DNA from: an uncultured Candidatus Saccharibacteria bacterium | Lineage (GTDB): Bacteria; Patescibacteriota; UBA1384; XYA2-FULL-43-10; 1-14-0-10-43-13 | Reading direction: 5' to 3' | Assembly (NCBI GenBank): GCA_964364265.1 | Contig: CAYILA010000004.1 | Span: 9,126-73,125, forward strand | Length of the DNA stretch: 64,000 nucleotides | Shown: positions 1 through 10,258 of the stretch, piece by piece | How the letters are laid out: every line of letters begins with the position of its first letter | Position numbering within the stretch: position 1 is the first letter of the stretch | Made by a program: the position numbers and the translations under genes | Notes under the pieces: model-generated | The model's input: the letters and a program-made list of their open reading frames with translations, nothing else | Told to the model about the DNA's origin: nothing | Databases searched by the model: none

Positions 1-12
1 AGAAAGAAACTG

Positions 13-1110
13 CTAAACCGTATCTTCGATTTTCTCTTCATTATCTCCTCCTTTGGCTGCCTCGATTATTTTTTCTTTAATTTTATCCGCTATCTTTTTG
101 TCTTTTTGTAGGAATACTCTAGCGCTGTCCTTGCCCTGACCCAGTTTCTCGCCCTCGTAGGAGACCCAGGAGCCGGCTTTCTCAATGATGTTGTATTTTA
201 TGCCAAGGTCCACCAATTCGCCCACATAATCGATTCCATCACCAAAGAGAAGGTCAAACTCGGCTGTTTTGAAGGGCGGGGCCACTTTGTTCTTGACCAC
301 TTTGACCATAACATGACTGCCGATGTCAACATCGCCTCTTTTCAAGGCCGCTTTCCTCCGGATATCAAGCCGAACCGAGGAGTAAAATTTTAAAGCGTTG
401 CCGCCGGTGGTTGTCTCCGGATTTCCGAACATGATACCGATCTTCATTCTAATCTGGTTAATGAAAATTAATATAGTTTTTGATTTTGAAACGATTCCGG
501 TTAATTTGCGCAGGGCTTGGCTCATCAACCTGGCTTGAACTCCCATCATGGAGTCGCCCATCTCTCCTTCAATCTCGGCGCGCGGCACCAGGGCGGCCAC
601 CGAATCGACGACGATTACATCGACGGCATTGGAACGCACCAATGTCTCGGTAATCTCCAAGGCCTGTTCGCCGGTATCCGGCTGGGAAATCAGGAGATTA
701 TTCAAATCCACTCCCAACTTAGCGGCGTGGTCCGGATCCAGAGCGTGCTCGGCGTCGATGAAAGCAACCGCTCCGCCCTTTTTTTGCGCCTGCGCAATCA
801 CATTCAAGGCCAAGGTCGTCTTGCCGGACGCCTCCGGTCCGTAAATCTCTACCACTCTTCCTCTCGGCAACCCGCCGACCCCCAGAGCCAAATCCAGGCC
901 CAATGACCCGGTCGGGACGACATCAACCTTCATCCTCGAGTTCTCGCCCATACTCATGATCGCGCCCTTGCCGAACTGTTTTTCAATCGACGACAGCGCC
1001 GCTTTCAGCGCTTCCTTTTTCCCCTCATTTGCCCGTTCGCGTGTTTCTGACCCCTCCTGAATTTCAGTTTTCTTTAGCATTTTTCTCCTACTAATATTGC
1101 TTAAACTCAT
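13..1110 (-). CDS. recA: Recombinase RecA
   Basis: 365-aa ORF with Walker [13 protein letters not shown] and full-length RecA-like sequence; RBS aggagggg upstream of the ATG at 1110; roughly 25-aa N-terminal extension. Confidence 0.95.
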   Translation of the reverse strand: MSLSNISRRKMLKKTEIQEGSETRERANEGKKEALKAALSSIEKQFGKGAIMSMGENSRMKVDVVPTGSLGLDLALGVGGLPRGRVVEIYGPEASGKTTLALNVIAQAQKKGGAVAFIDAEHALDPDHAAKLGVDLNNLLISQPDTGEQALEITETLVRSNAVDVIVVDSVAALVPRAEIEGEMGDSMMGVQARLMSQALRKLTGIVSKSKTILIFINQIRMKIGIMFGNPETTTGGNALKFYSSVRLDIRRKAALKRGDVDIGSHVMVKVVKNKVAPPFKTAEFDLLFGDGIDYVGELVDLGIKYNIIEKAGSWVSYEGEKLGQGKDSARVFLQKDKKIADKIKEKIIEAAKGGDNEEKIEDTV

Positions 1111-1116
1111 TATAGC

Positions 1117-1207
1117 CTTCCCCTCCTAATGTAGGAGGGGGTGGGGAGGTATAATTGTTTTAAATTTATTCTACTCCCGCTTACTCCCCCTACTCTAGTG
1201 GGAGAAC
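1117..1207. repeat. Hairpin A (cccctcctaatgtaggagggg) plus hairpin B (cttactccccctactctagtgggag) pair; looks like the empty site of the DUF559 element at 44113-44548
   Basis: Both hairpins, 13 nt apart, match the two ends of the element at 44113-44548; related copies at 11836-11925 and 33355-33415. Confidence 0.5.
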
Positions 1208-1209
1208 CA

Positions 1210-1932
1210 TCAGAAACTATTTTCTGATGTTGTCGCCTCGGCCGTCTTCGGCCGATACTCGACGGTGTAAACCTCCGAGCTTTCCTTTTTGGCCTTATTG
1301 ATCGCCCTAACCTCGATTACATTCACCCCTTTATGCAATTTATAGGAAAGCGAGAAGTGGCCGTCGTTCGTAACCGGAATTTTTTCGGTGTTAACAGTTA
1401 CAAAGGAATCAATATCGGCCACACCGGTCAAGTCAATGGTATCATTCTCAACCGTAACATTGTTGTCCGGTGAGGTAATCCGTAAATTGGGACTGCCGGC
1501 AAAACCGAGCACCTGATAGAAGATATATGAAAACATTCCTAAAACGAAAACTCCCAGAGTGAAATAGGCCAAGGTCTTGGGAGTGACGCTCAATTTGTTT
1601 TCTTTAATCGGCCGACCGTATGAGAGTTCCGGCGATTCATCGTCCTTATATATACCGGCTTCCATATCAAACAGTTTTGAAATTTCCTCGATGTCCTGAT
1701 TCAAAAATCTGGCGTAGGCCAAGACAAAACCTCTGGCATAAGCCGTCGAGGGAAGGTCAGACCAAACCCCCTTTTCAATCGCAATCAGATATTTTGCCCG
1801 AACTTTTGTGGCAATCTCGGCGTCGTAGATCTTGATTTCCTTTTTGCGCCTGGCGGTCTTTAAAATCTCTCCCAGCGAGAGCCGTTTGGCCATTTTTTTT
1901 GTAGAAAAGACTGGATTCATAATTTTAATCAC
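1210..1932 (-). CDS. rodZ: RodZ-like cytoskeleton protein (XRE-type HTH, one TM, C-terminal domain)
   Basis: N-terminal HTH LSLGEILKTARRKKEIKIYDAEIATKVRAKYLIAIEKG, a single TM segment, and a C-terminal beta-rich domain: typical RodZ architecture. Confidence 0.6.
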   Translation of the reverse strand: MIKIMNPVFSTKKMAKRLSLGEILKTARRKKEIKIYDAEIATKVRAKYLIAIEKGVWSDLPSTAYARGFVLAYARFLNQDIEEISKLFDMEAGIYKDDESPELSYGRPIKENKLSVTPKTLAYFTLGVFVLGMFSYIFYQVLGFAGSPNLRITSPDNNVTVENDTIDLTGVADIDSFVTVNTEKIPVTNDGHFSLSYKLHKGVNVIEVRAINKAKKESSEVYTVEYRPKTAEATTSENSF

Positions 1933-2021
1933 TAGATATAAGATATAAGATACAAGACAAACGATAAACGATATATGCGAACCCCCACTTTTATCTTCTT
2001 AACTTTTATCTCATATCTATT

Positions 2022-4256
2022 TTAAAACCCGCCCTTATTGTATTGGTCCTCATTAAAATCATCTTCTCGCCGGTTGTTTCTGGGTTGGTAGCCGTCAGCG
2101 CTGATATTCGAGATTAAGACATCGCGAGGTTTTGCTCCGTCAGACGGTCCGATAACACCGTTCTCTTCTAATATATCGAGCAACCTTGCAGCTCTGGCAT
2201 AACCGACTCGAAGACGTCTCTGTAAGAGCGAGGCCGAGGCCTTGCCGGCCTGCATAACCGTCTCAACGGCGTCATCGTAAAGGTCATCATCGCCCGAACC
2301 CTCTCCGCTCGAAAAACCGCCGCCTGATTTTGCTGATCTGAATGTTAGAATTGATTCATCATATTGGGCCAGACTTTTTGACCGGAGAAAGTTATTGAGC
2401 TCTTCAATCTCCCCGTCCGAAACAAAACAACCCTGAATCCGTCTTGGTTTGTCGATACCGTTTGAAATGTAGAGCATGTCGCCGTTGCCCAGTAGTTTCT
2501 CGGCGCCGGACATATCCAATATGGTTCGGGAATCGACTTGAGAGGCAGTCGCGAAAGCGATCCTGGTTGAAATATTAGCTTTAATCAGGCCGGTCAAGAC
2601 ATCAACCGAGGGCCGCTGGGTGGCGACGATTAGGTGAATACCGGTCGCTCGCGCCATTTGGGCGATTCGAACAATTGAACTTTCAACATCTTTGGAAGAA
2701 GTGGCCATCAGGTCGGCCAACTCATCGATTATGATTACGATATATGGCAAAGATCCTTCCTCAGTCGGTTCGGCATTGTAGGCAAGAATATTTCTTTTGC
2801 CAGATTTTGAAAATATTTCATAGCGTCTTTCCATTTCGGAAACCGCCCATTTTAATGCCGAAACGATCTTATCCACCTCGGTTACGACGGGGGTGAGCAG
2901 ATGTGGAATACCGTTATAACCGGTCAGTTCGACTCTTTTCGGATCAACCAAAAGAAGTTTCAAATCTTCCGGAGAATTGTTGAATAGAAGAGCTATGATT
3001 ATTGAGTTGATGCAGACCGATTTGCCAGATCCGGTGGCGCCGGCTACAAGAGCGTGAGGCATCTTTTCTAGGTCGACCGAAATCGGATCGCCGGCCACAT
3101 CGCGGCCAAGAGCAATCGCTAATTTACTTTTGACAGATTTAAAATTGTTTGAATCCAAAACCTCTTTTAATGTCACTTTGGCGCCGATCTTGTTTGGAAT
3201 CTCCAAACCGACCAAGTCCTTGCCCGGAATCGGCGCCTCAACTCTTAAGCTCTTAGCTGAAAGCGCCAAGGCCAGATCGTTTTGGCGGGCAACGATCTGA
3301 TTTAATTTCACACCGGTATCCGGTTTCAAAGTATATTGAGTTACGGTCGGACCGACATTGACATCTTTCGTCGCCACTTTGATGCCGAAGTTCTCCAAGG
3401 TCTTTCTGATGATATCGGCGTTCTTCTCGATATTACCCGAGCTGGCAATGTCGTCCGACTCTTTCAAAATGTCGAGCGGCGGATACTCCCAAGCCATACC
3501 GCGGGTCGGTCGTTCCATTCGCTCCGGAGGCGCTACCTCAATGACCGGAGCGCGACCGCGGTTCGGGTTGCGACGCAAAAACTTTCTCTTCATCAGCTCA
3601 AAAACCGAAACCCTTTGGGGAACCGGATCGGAATTGCTGTTATTAATATTGACCTTGCTTCTTAGCTCTTCCTCCTCGTCACCGCCACGGAAGTACTTGG
3701 CCATTGAGACATTGAAAATCATTAATATTGAGACGAATATAGCCGCCACCACTGCCAGGAAGGACGGGAAGAGACCGATGCTATCTCGAAGCGGTGTGGT
3801 GATCATATAACCGACCGTTCCTCCGCCGCGGACAAGAGAGACGGCGTCTTTGGCGTCTTCTATCGGAATAAAAAGATGGAAGAAAGCCGGGAAAGAAGCC
3901 ATAAATAGGAATATTCCGATAAAGCGCGAGGGAGCGTATGCCTTTTCGCCCTTTTGAGTCACGAGTAAAATGTATCCGAAATAGAAAAAGGCAATTACAA
4001 AGAAGTAAACACCGAGCGGCCCAAAGATTTTAGCAGCCGCCTCCGAAATTGAGGAACCGATTTGTCCGGCACTGCCAAAAAATCCCAGCACTATAACTGT
4101 TGCTGTGATGATTGATATCAGACCAAAAATCGCTCTCCATACCTCTCCCGACATACCGAGCCCAATATCAAAGACAAAATCACCCCAATCGTTCTCCTTT
4201 TGGTACCACTTCGGCTTGGTTTGTTTGTGCTTCGGATGTTTTCTTTTTCTGCCCAC
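2022..4256 (-). CDS. ftsK: DNA translocase FtsK/SpoIIIE
   Basis: N-terminal TM segments, Walker A GATGSGKS in the motor domain, and a C-terminal gamma winged-helix (LLQRRLRVGYARAARLLDILEENGVIG). Confidence 0.9.
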   Translation of the reverse strand: MGRKRKHPKHKQTKPKWYQKENDWGDFVFDIGLGMSGEVWRAIFGLISIITATVIVLGFFGSAGQIGSSISEAAAKIFGPLGVYFFVIAFFYFGYILLVTQKGEKAYAPSRFIGIFLFMASFPAFFHLFIPIEDAKDAVSLVRGGGTVGYMITTPLRDSIGLFPSFLAVVAAIFVSILMIFNVSMAKYFRGGDEEEELRSKVNINNSNSDPVPQRVSVFELMKRKFLRRNPNRGRAPVIEVAPPERMERPTRGMAWEYPPLDILKESDDIASSGNIEKNADIIRKTLENFGIKVATKDVNVGPTVTQYTLKPDTGVKLNQIVARQNDLALALSAKSLRVEAPIPGKDLVGLEIPNKIGAKVTLKEVLDSNNFKSVKSKLAIALGRDVAGDPISVDLEKMPHALVAGATGSGKSVCINSIIIALLFNNSPEDLKLLLVDPKRVELTGYNGIPHLLTPVVTEVDKIVSALKWAVSEMERRYEIFSKSGKRNILAYNAEPTEEGSLPYIVIIIDELADLMATSSKDVESSIVRIAQMARATGIHLIVATQRPSVDVLTGLIKANISTRIAFATASQVDSRTILDMSGAEKLLGNGDMLYISNGIDKPRRIQGCFVSDGEIEELNNFLRSKSLAQYDESILTFRSAKSGGGFSSGEGSGDDDLYDDAVETVMQAGKASASLLQRRLRVGYARAARLLDILEENGVIGPSDGAKPRDVLISNISADGYQPRNNRREDDFNEDQYNKGGF

Positions 4257-4481
4257 CTACCCTCCAATGATAGTATTATGTATCAAGTATTATGTATTAT
4301 GGCTCGCAGCTGCCCCCTTCCAAACCCTTAATACTCAACACAAGATACTTGATACTTTTTAAGTTGGTTTATACACAAAAAAGTGCCCCTTTTGCTACAT
4401 TATAGAATATTAACTATCAAGAAGCAAATGCCCAAATAAAAGGAAGTCTGGTGCCGGGGCTTTTTTGTTTTATAAACACAG

Positions 4482-4520
4482 AAAGCGGCCTGAAATAATC
4501 GAGAGCCGCTTTCTGTTATA
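4482..4520. other. 12-bp perfect stem-loop (acagaaagcggc ... gccgctttctgt)
   Basis: Inverted repeat seen in the sequence downstream of the four-helix-bundle gene; no clear T-run on either side. Confidence 0.4.
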
Positions 4521-4635
4521 GAAGAGGGGGGGAAGAGGGGTGAAATGGGACGGGAGGGGAGTTAGAATGGGACGGGAGGGGTTAGATTGGAGGAATAAGT
4601 AAAGTGGGATAAATCTGTTCCCTCTTCTCACCCCT

Positions 4636-5157
4636 TTAACCCTTTTCTCCCTTTTGGATAATTTTGCCGTCATTTGATTTTTCCAACCCCGCTTCGGCAA
4701 GAAGTTTTTCAAAAATATCCCTGTCATCATCCTTCTGATTTTTAAGAATCAGAGATTTTTCGCGCGAAGGGAGCGTTCCCTCTCTTTCCATTTTCAAATA
4801 CAGGGATTTGCGCAGCTGATTTAGGAGAAAATCAAGCTCATTGCATTTATTTTCACAGAAGTCACGAGTAACTTCTGTGATTTTCTTGTCTAGGAAGAGA
4901 TCCTTAATATCTTCTTTAATCTCGGCCAGAGAACCGAGAGAGAAACTTAAAAAATCGAAGTACTCTTTGGTCGTGGTCCGCTTCCAACCCTCGACAATAT
5001 TTTGTTTAACGGAACGGGCGGAATCGATTAAGTGAACTTTACGCCGTCGCTCATCATAAGACAATTTGTCGGTCAACTTGACGATATTGAGTCTTAATTC
5101 ATCGGATCTTTTGTAGACAAGAAGTTCGCGAAAACCATCGGGTTTATGTTGTCTCAT
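4636..5157 (-). CDS. Four-helix-bundle protein (formerly the 23S rRNA intervening-sequence protein family)
   Basis: 173 aa; matches the family core (LLVYKRSDELRLNIVKLTDKL...RRRKVHLIDSARSVKQNIVEGWKR...FLSFSLGSLAEIKEDI). Confidence 0.75.
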   Translation of the reverse strand: MRQHKPDGFRELLVYKRSDELRLNIVKLTDKLSYDERRRKVHLIDSARSVKQNIVEGWKRTTTKEYFDFLSFSLGSLAEIKEDIKDLFLDKKITEVTRDFCENKCNELDFLLNQLRKSLYLKMEREGTLPSREKSLILKNQKDDDRDIFEKLLAEAGLEKSNDGKIIQKGEKG

Positions 5158-5320
5158 TAACCTCCTTATTACATAAAGGGTTAAATGGGCGAAAAGGGAT
5201 AGAGGGGAATCAAATATCCAGTTTTTATCAAGTCCTAACTAAACCGAGAAGATGGGTTAGATGGGTTAGATGGGTTAGATAAGCAGGGTGGGACAATTCC
5301 GTCCCCCTTTTCTCCCTTTT
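4640..5320. mobile_element. Candidate inserted element carrying the four-helix-bundle gene, bounded by perfect 16-bp direct repeats cccttttctccctttt (4640-4655 and 5305-5320)
   Basis: Perfect direct repeats counted in the sequence; internal tandem repeats atgggacgggagggg x2 (4545-4585) and gatgggtta x3 (5253-5282); sits between ftsK and rnj. Confidence 0.35.
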
Positions 5321-5334
5321 TGCCCCTCTCTCCC

Positions 5335-7227
5335 CTATACTTCTATAACTACCGGAATTACCATTGGTCTTCGTTCGGTTTCGGTATAGAGGAACTCGCC
5401 GACCTCATCGCGCAGTTTTTGCTTCAAGAGCGACCAGTCCACCTTCGGACCGTTCTTTTCCGGCGCGTGGTGAGAAAATATTTTTTTAATCTCGGCTCTG
5501 GCTTTGTGGACCAGCTCCTCGTTCTCGCGCATATAGATGAAACCGCGCGAAATGATATCGGGAGATGTTACAATATCGCCGTTCTCATGGTCGACCGTCA
5601 TAATGATGACGAAGATACCGTCTTGGGCCATCGCTTTTCGGTCGCGTAGAACGATATTTCCGACATCGCCCACGCCTAAGCCGTCAACCAAGACATATGA
5701 GGCGGGGACTCGTTTATTTGTAACCTCGCCTTTGCCGCTGTGGAATTCAATGACCTGGCCGTCATCGGCGACCAAACAGTGGGCTTCATCGGCAATTCCC
5801 ATATCTTGGGCAAATTGAGAGTGAAGCATCAGGCGGTGGCGTTCGCCGTGGATCGGGATGAAGTACTGCGGGCGGATCAGGGCCAGCATCAATTTCAAGT
5901 CCTCTTGGTTGGCGTGTCCGGAGGTGTGAACATCCATCAATTTTTGATAAACAACTTTGGCGCCTTCGCGGAACAGATTGTCCATCAAACCCGAAACTGA
6001 TCGTTCGTTGCCTGGAATCGGCGAAGAGGACAGGATGACCAAATCGCCGTGTTTGATCTTGATCTGGCGGTGCTCGCCGGCGGCGATTCGGGTCAGAGCC
6101 GCCTTGTCCTCGCCCTGCGAACCGGTACAGACGATTACGATTTTGTCATCGGCATAATGCCCCATATCCTTTACATCAACAATTGTGTTTGGCGGAACGA
6201 TTAGGGCATCCAATGAGATTGCAATCTCAACCGTGTTCAACATACTTCGTCCGACGAAGGTAACCTTGCGGCCCAATTTGTGGGAGACATTCAAAACCTG
6301 CTGGATTCGGGAAATGAGGGTCGAGAAAGTCGAGACGATAATTCTACCCTTGGCATATTCAACCAATTTGTGAAGCGAGTACTCGATTTCTCGTTCTGAT
6401 ATTGAGTTGCCCGGCTTCTCGACATTGGTTGAATCGGAGAATAAAGCTAGGGGTTTCTTGGCTCCAAGCATGGCCAAAGCCGAAAAATCAGCCGGGCGGC
6501 CGTCGGCTGGCGTATGGTCGAATTTCCAGTCAGTAGTGTAGACCAAGAGACCTTCCGGTGTCTCGATCGCAAAGCCCATCGCTTGAGGAATACTGTGAGT
6601 TAGACGAAATGTAGAAATCCTAAAAACGCCAAGTTGCAAAACATCCTCCCCGATCTTGATGCTTTCCAATTTCGCCTTGTCGGCCAAGCCGACTTCCTCC
6701 AACTTGCTTTTAATTAGTCCGATTGAGAGCGGCGCCGAATAGATTGTCGGCGAACCGATTTTTTCATAAACATAAGGTATGCCGCCAATGTGGTCCAAGT
6801 GGCCGTGGGTTACGATCAAACCTCGGATTTTGCTCTTGTTCTGCTCCAGATAAGTTACATCCGGGATAATGTAATCGACTCCCGGCATCGTTTCATCCGG
6901 AAAATCCAGACCCATATCAACGACAATAATATCGTTGCCGTATTCAATTACGGTCGTATTCTTGCCGCCGGTTTCCTCGACACCACCCAAAGGGATGATC
7001 CGAAGACGCGGACCGGTGAAGAACTTGCCGTTGTTGGGATCGACTCTTTGAGCCGTGAACCTCGGCTCCGATTTTGATTTTAAGGCAAGGGCGTCTTTCT
7101 GACGGTCGCCCTGGCGACGCTCGGCGTTTTTGATATCGCCGGCGGTTCTGGTCGCCTTGCCACTAGTAGAATAACTTCGTGTTGCCAAACTCGAAGTTCT
7201 AGGTATTCTTTTAGTTCTATTTTCCAT
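5335..7227 (-). CDS. rnj: Ribonuclease J (metallo-beta-lactamase / beta-CASP)
   Basis: HGHLDHIG motif and RNase J-like N-terminus (LRIIPLGGVEETGGKNTTVIEYGNDIIVVDMG); about 75-aa basic, Ser/Thr/Arg-rich N-terminal extension. Confidence 0.9.
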   Translation of the reverse strand: MENRTKRIPRTSSLATRSYSTSGKATRTAGDIKNAERRQGDRQKDALALKSKSEPRFTAQRVDPNNGKFFTGPRLRIIPLGGVEETGGKNTTVIEYGNDIIVVDMGLDFPDETMPGVDYIIPDVTYLEQNKSKIRGLIVTHGHLDHIGGIPYVYEKIGSPTIYSAPLSIGLIKSKLEEVGLADKAKLESIKIGEDVLQLGVFRISTFRLTHSIPQAMGFAIETPEGLLVYTTDWKFDHTPADGRPADFSALAMLGAKKPLALFSDSTNVEKPGNSISEREIEYSLHKLVEYAKGRIIVSTFSTLISRIQQVLNVSHKLGRKVTFVGRSMLNTVEIAISLDALIVPPNTIVDVKDMGHYADDKIVIVCTGSQGEDKAALTRIAAGEHRQIKIKHGDLVILSSSPIPGNERSVSGLMDNLFREGAKVVYQKLMDVHTSGHANQEDLKLMLALIRPQYFIPIHGERHRLMLHSQFAQDMGIADEAHCLVADDGQVIEFHSGKGEVTNKRVPASYVLVDGLGVGDVGNIVLRDRKAMAQDGIFVIIMTVDHENGDIVTSPDIISRGFIYMRENEELVHKARAEIKKIFSHHAPEKNGPKVDWSLLKQKLRDEVGEFLYTETERRPMVIPVVIEV

Positions 7228-7274
7228 TTCCTTCCTTTCTTAAAGGAGACTCTTAGTTCTATATCCCCTGTTTG

Positions 7275-7373
7275 TCATCTCGAGCTCCAAGAGGGGCACT
7301 TTGGGCTGATCCGAGAGATCTTTTAAAAGATTCCTCCGCTCCCCGACAAGTCGAGGTCGGTCAGAATGACATC
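7275..7373. repeat. PE-1 palindromic element (gtcatcYcga ... tcagaatgac), intergenic between rnj and pnp
   Basis: Inverted termini, internal ggatcttttaaaagattcctccgctcc core, nested ccaagaggggcactttggg GC hairpin. Confidence 0.7.
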
Positions 7374-7463
7374 AATCGTTAATATTAAAAAATTAGATTG
7401 CAGAGAACTATCGCTTATTAGTTAATTACACAATATCAGAGAATTTCCGATAAGTCAAGTTTT

Positions 7464-9590
7464 TTATTGCATTGCTTTAATTGAGAGACCGATCCGGCCC
7501 TTTTCCGGATCGACTTCCATAACTTTGGCGGTGACGACATCGCCAACCCGCAAGACATCGGATACCTTTTCAACTCTTTTCTCGGAAATCTGTGAGATGT
7601 GAACCATTCCATCCATTTTCGGTGTGATTTCAACGATGGCGCCGATCTCTTTGCCGGTCATCCGGTCTTTTTTGATTTCGATAATCTTTCCGGTGATAAT
7701 CTCGCCCGGAACGATATCTCTTGTCATCGACTTTACGGTCTGGATCGCCTTTTCGCCCGCCGCTGAATCGAGGGATGAAATCATAACGGTGCCGTCATCC
7801 TCGATATCGATCGAGACCAACTCCTTGCCGCCGCAATCCTCGATAATCTTTTTAATGTTTTTGCCGCCCGGCCCGATCAATTCACCGATTTTATCAGGAT
7901 TGATCTTAACCGCCTCGATTCTTGGGGCGTATTTAGATAAATCAGCCCGTGGTGTACTGATCGCTTCTTCGATCCGTCCCAAAATCTCCAAACGGCCTGT
8001 TTTGGCCTGCGTAAATGTATTTCTAATAATATCCATTGAAAGTCCGGCGATTTTGGTATCCATCTGAACCGCGGTCACACCGTCGCGGGTTCCGGCCACT
8101 TTGAAATCCATATCGCCGGCAAAATCTTCCACACCCTGAAGGTCGGAAAGAATTTTATAATCGCTTGCATCTTCATTCGTAACCAAGCCCATAGCAATTC
8201 CGGCCACCGGTTTTGTAATCGGAACACCGGCGTCCATTAAGGCCAAGGTCGCGCCGCAGGTGGCGGCCATCGAACTGGAACCGTTTGAGCTTAAAATCTC
8301 GGAAACCAATCTTATAGTATAGGGAAAATCTTCTTGTGAGGGGATAACCGGTTTTAGGGCCTTTTCGGCCAAATAACCGTGCCCGACCTCTCGGCGTCCG
8401 GCGCCGCGCATCGGTCGGACTTCACCGGTCGAAAATGGCGGGAAGTTGTAATGATGCATAAAACGCTTGGTCGATTCGCCCTCCATCGTGTCTATCAGCT
8501 GCTCCATTCCGGGCGAGGCCAAGGTGGCAACGGTCAGCGCCTGCGTCTGGCCGCGGGAAAAAAGGGCCGAGCCGTGGGTTCGAGGCAAGAGTCCGACTTC
8601 GATTCCGATCGGGCGAATTTCTTCGTTCTTTCGGCCGTCGGGGCGGACCCCCTCTTCTAGAATAATCCGTCTTACCTCTTTTTCAACTAATTTAGCAAAA
8701 GCGCCCCTGATATCGATTTGTTTATGGGTTCCCTCTAAACTTTGCAGAACTTCCGCTTCATAAGCGGCTAACTTGGCCTCTCTTGCCTCCTTGTCCATCT
8801 CGGCCAAGGCCTCTTTAATCTTGGAATCAGCCAAAGCTTTGACATCGGTATGAAGAGCCGAAACCTCATCCTCTTCGGTCGCGGCCGTTCTTTGGAAGTC
8901 CTCGGCGATTTTATGCTGGATATCGATAATCGGTTTGGCGATAGCGAAGGACTTTTCAATCGCTTCGACAATCTTTTCCTCCGAAACTTCCTTCGACTCG
9001 ACTTCCAGCATCATCATCCGGTCTTTGGTCATCGCAATCGAAAGATTGAGGTCGGATTTCTCCAATTCCTCTTCAGTCGGGTTAAATACCAGTTCTCCGT
9101 CAACCATTCCAACGCCAAGAGCGGCAATCGGCTCCTTGAACGGAGCGCAGGTCTGCATCAGGGCGGCCGATGAGGCGACAATGGCCATAATGTCGGGGTC
9201 AACCGTTCCGTCGTATGACAAAACAGTGATAATTATTTGAATATCATTGCGAAAGTTCTTTGGGAACAGCGGGCGAAGAGGCCGGTCAATCTTTCTGGCG
9301 GCCAAAACGGCGGCTTCGGAAGGTCGGCTTTCTCTTTTTATAAAACGGGAACCGGAGATTTTGCCGGAAGCGTAAAATCTTTCCTCAAAATCTACCATCA
9401 GGGGAAAGAAATCGACACCTTCGCGAGGCTCTTTTCCAATTACAACCGTAGCTAAAACAACCGTTTCATTGCATCTGGCGACCATCGAACCGGTCGCAAA
9501 CTCGGCCAATTTTCCGCTCTCCAAATAGAGAGTCTTGCCGGCAAAATCGACTTCGTACTTCTTGAGATCGAACTCTTTGTTCTTGATCAT
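7464..9590 (-). CDS. pnp: Polynucleotide phosphorylase
   Basis: 708 aa; two RNase PH domains plus KH and S1 domains; classic rpsO-pnp gene order. Confidence 0.95.
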   Translation of the reverse strand: MIKNKEFDLKKYEVDFAGKTLYLESGKLAEFATGSMVARCNETVVLATVVIGKEPREGVDFFPLMVDFEERFYASGKISGSRFIKRESRPSEAAVLAARKIDRPLRPLFPKNFRNDIQIIITVLSYDGTVDPDIMAIVASSAALMQTCAPFKEPIAALGVGMVDGELVFNPTEEELEKSDLNLSIAMTKDRMMMLEVESKEVSEEKIVEAIEKSFAIAKPIIDIQHKIAEDFQRTAATEEDEVSALHTDVKALADSKIKEALAEMDKEAREAKLAAYEAEVLQSLEGTHKQIDIRGAFAKLVEKEVRRIILEEGVRPDGRKNEEIRPIGIEVGLLPRTHGSALFSRGQTQALTVATLASPGMEQLIDTMEGESTKRFMHHYNFPPFSTGEVRPMRGAGRREVGHGYLAEKALKPVIPSQEDFPYTIRLVSEILSSNGSSSMAATCGATLALMDAGVPITKPVAGIAMGLVTNEDASDYKILSDLQGVEDFAGDMDFKVAGTRDGVTAVQMDTKIAGLSMDIIRNTFTQAKTGRLEILGRIEEAISTPRADLSKYAPRIEAVKINPDKIGELIGPGGKNIKKIIEDCGGKELVSIDIEDDGTVMISSLDSAAGEKAIQTVKSMTRDIVPGEIITGKIIEIKKDRMTGKEIGAIVEITPKMDGMVHISQISEKRVEKVSDVLRVGDVVTAKVMEVDPEKGRIGLSIKAMQ

Positions 9591-9603
9591 TAGTTTCCCA
9601 ATC

Positions 9604-9716
9604 TCCTACGAAATTACGAATCAAACGAAATTACTAAACTACTAAATTACGAATATTAAATGCGCTTTTCGTAATTTAGTATTTTTGTTGAATTCGTACT
9701 TTCGTAGGGTTATTAT
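9604..9716. promoter_or_regulatory. PE-3 palindromic leader element (cctacgaaattacgaat ... attcgtactttcgtagg) between rpsO and pnp
   Basis: Large imperfect inverted repeat with inner hairpin actaaattacgaa/ttcgtaatttagt; in the position of the rpsO-pnp intercistronic processing hairpin; family copies at 13905-14012, 38232-38380, 53909-53965. Confidence 0.5.
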
Positions 9717-10007
9717 TTATTTTCTTAAACCTAAATCAGTAATTAATTTACTGTACTTCTCTGCGTTTACTTTGTTCAGGTAATTTAGAAGTCGGCGTCT
9801 CTTGCCAACCATCATCAAAAGACCTCGGCGGGAATCAAAATCTTTCTTATGATTCTTCAAGTGTTTGGTCAAATCAGAGATCTTTTTAGTTAAAACCGCG
9901 ATTTGGACTTCGGTTGAACCGGTATCATCCTTGTGGGTCTGATATTTGGTAATCAAATCAACTCTGGCAGCTTTTCCTGTATTCTGCCCCTGTACTGTCT
10001 TTGGCAT
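9717..10007 (-). CDS. rpsO: 30S ribosomal protein S15
   Basis: 96 aa, full-length S15 similarity. Confidence 0.95.
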   Translation of the reverse strand: MPKTVQGQNTGKAARVDLITKYQTHKDDTGSTEVQIAVLTKKISDLTKHLKNHKKDFDSRRGLLMMVGKRRRLLNYLNKVNAEKYSKLITDLGLRK

Positions 10008-10258
10008 ATCTTCCTTTCGGCCGGCAATTCAAGAACAATTGTTCAATTGTTTCATTGTTTCATTGTTGAAACCGCAATGACAACTTACGCATCCCAACAA
10101 TTTAGCAATTTAGCAATTTAGCAATGAACCTGAAACTGGTCACTAATTTCTATTACGTTTTTTATGATACTATAATTTATTGATTTTTACAAGTCTAAAA
10201 TGAATTAGAGGCGCCCGATACAGGAGGGCGCCTCACGCTGTGCTGGAACAAACATGTT

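Noticed and set aside
517-906. Plus-strand ORFs 517-906 and 548-844 inside recA
   Set aside because: They are antisense to a confidently identified RecA CDS, with no RBS and no family resemblance. The same applies to the many 60-170-aa ORFs antisense to ftsK, rnj, pnp, dnaE, valS, pilB and others.
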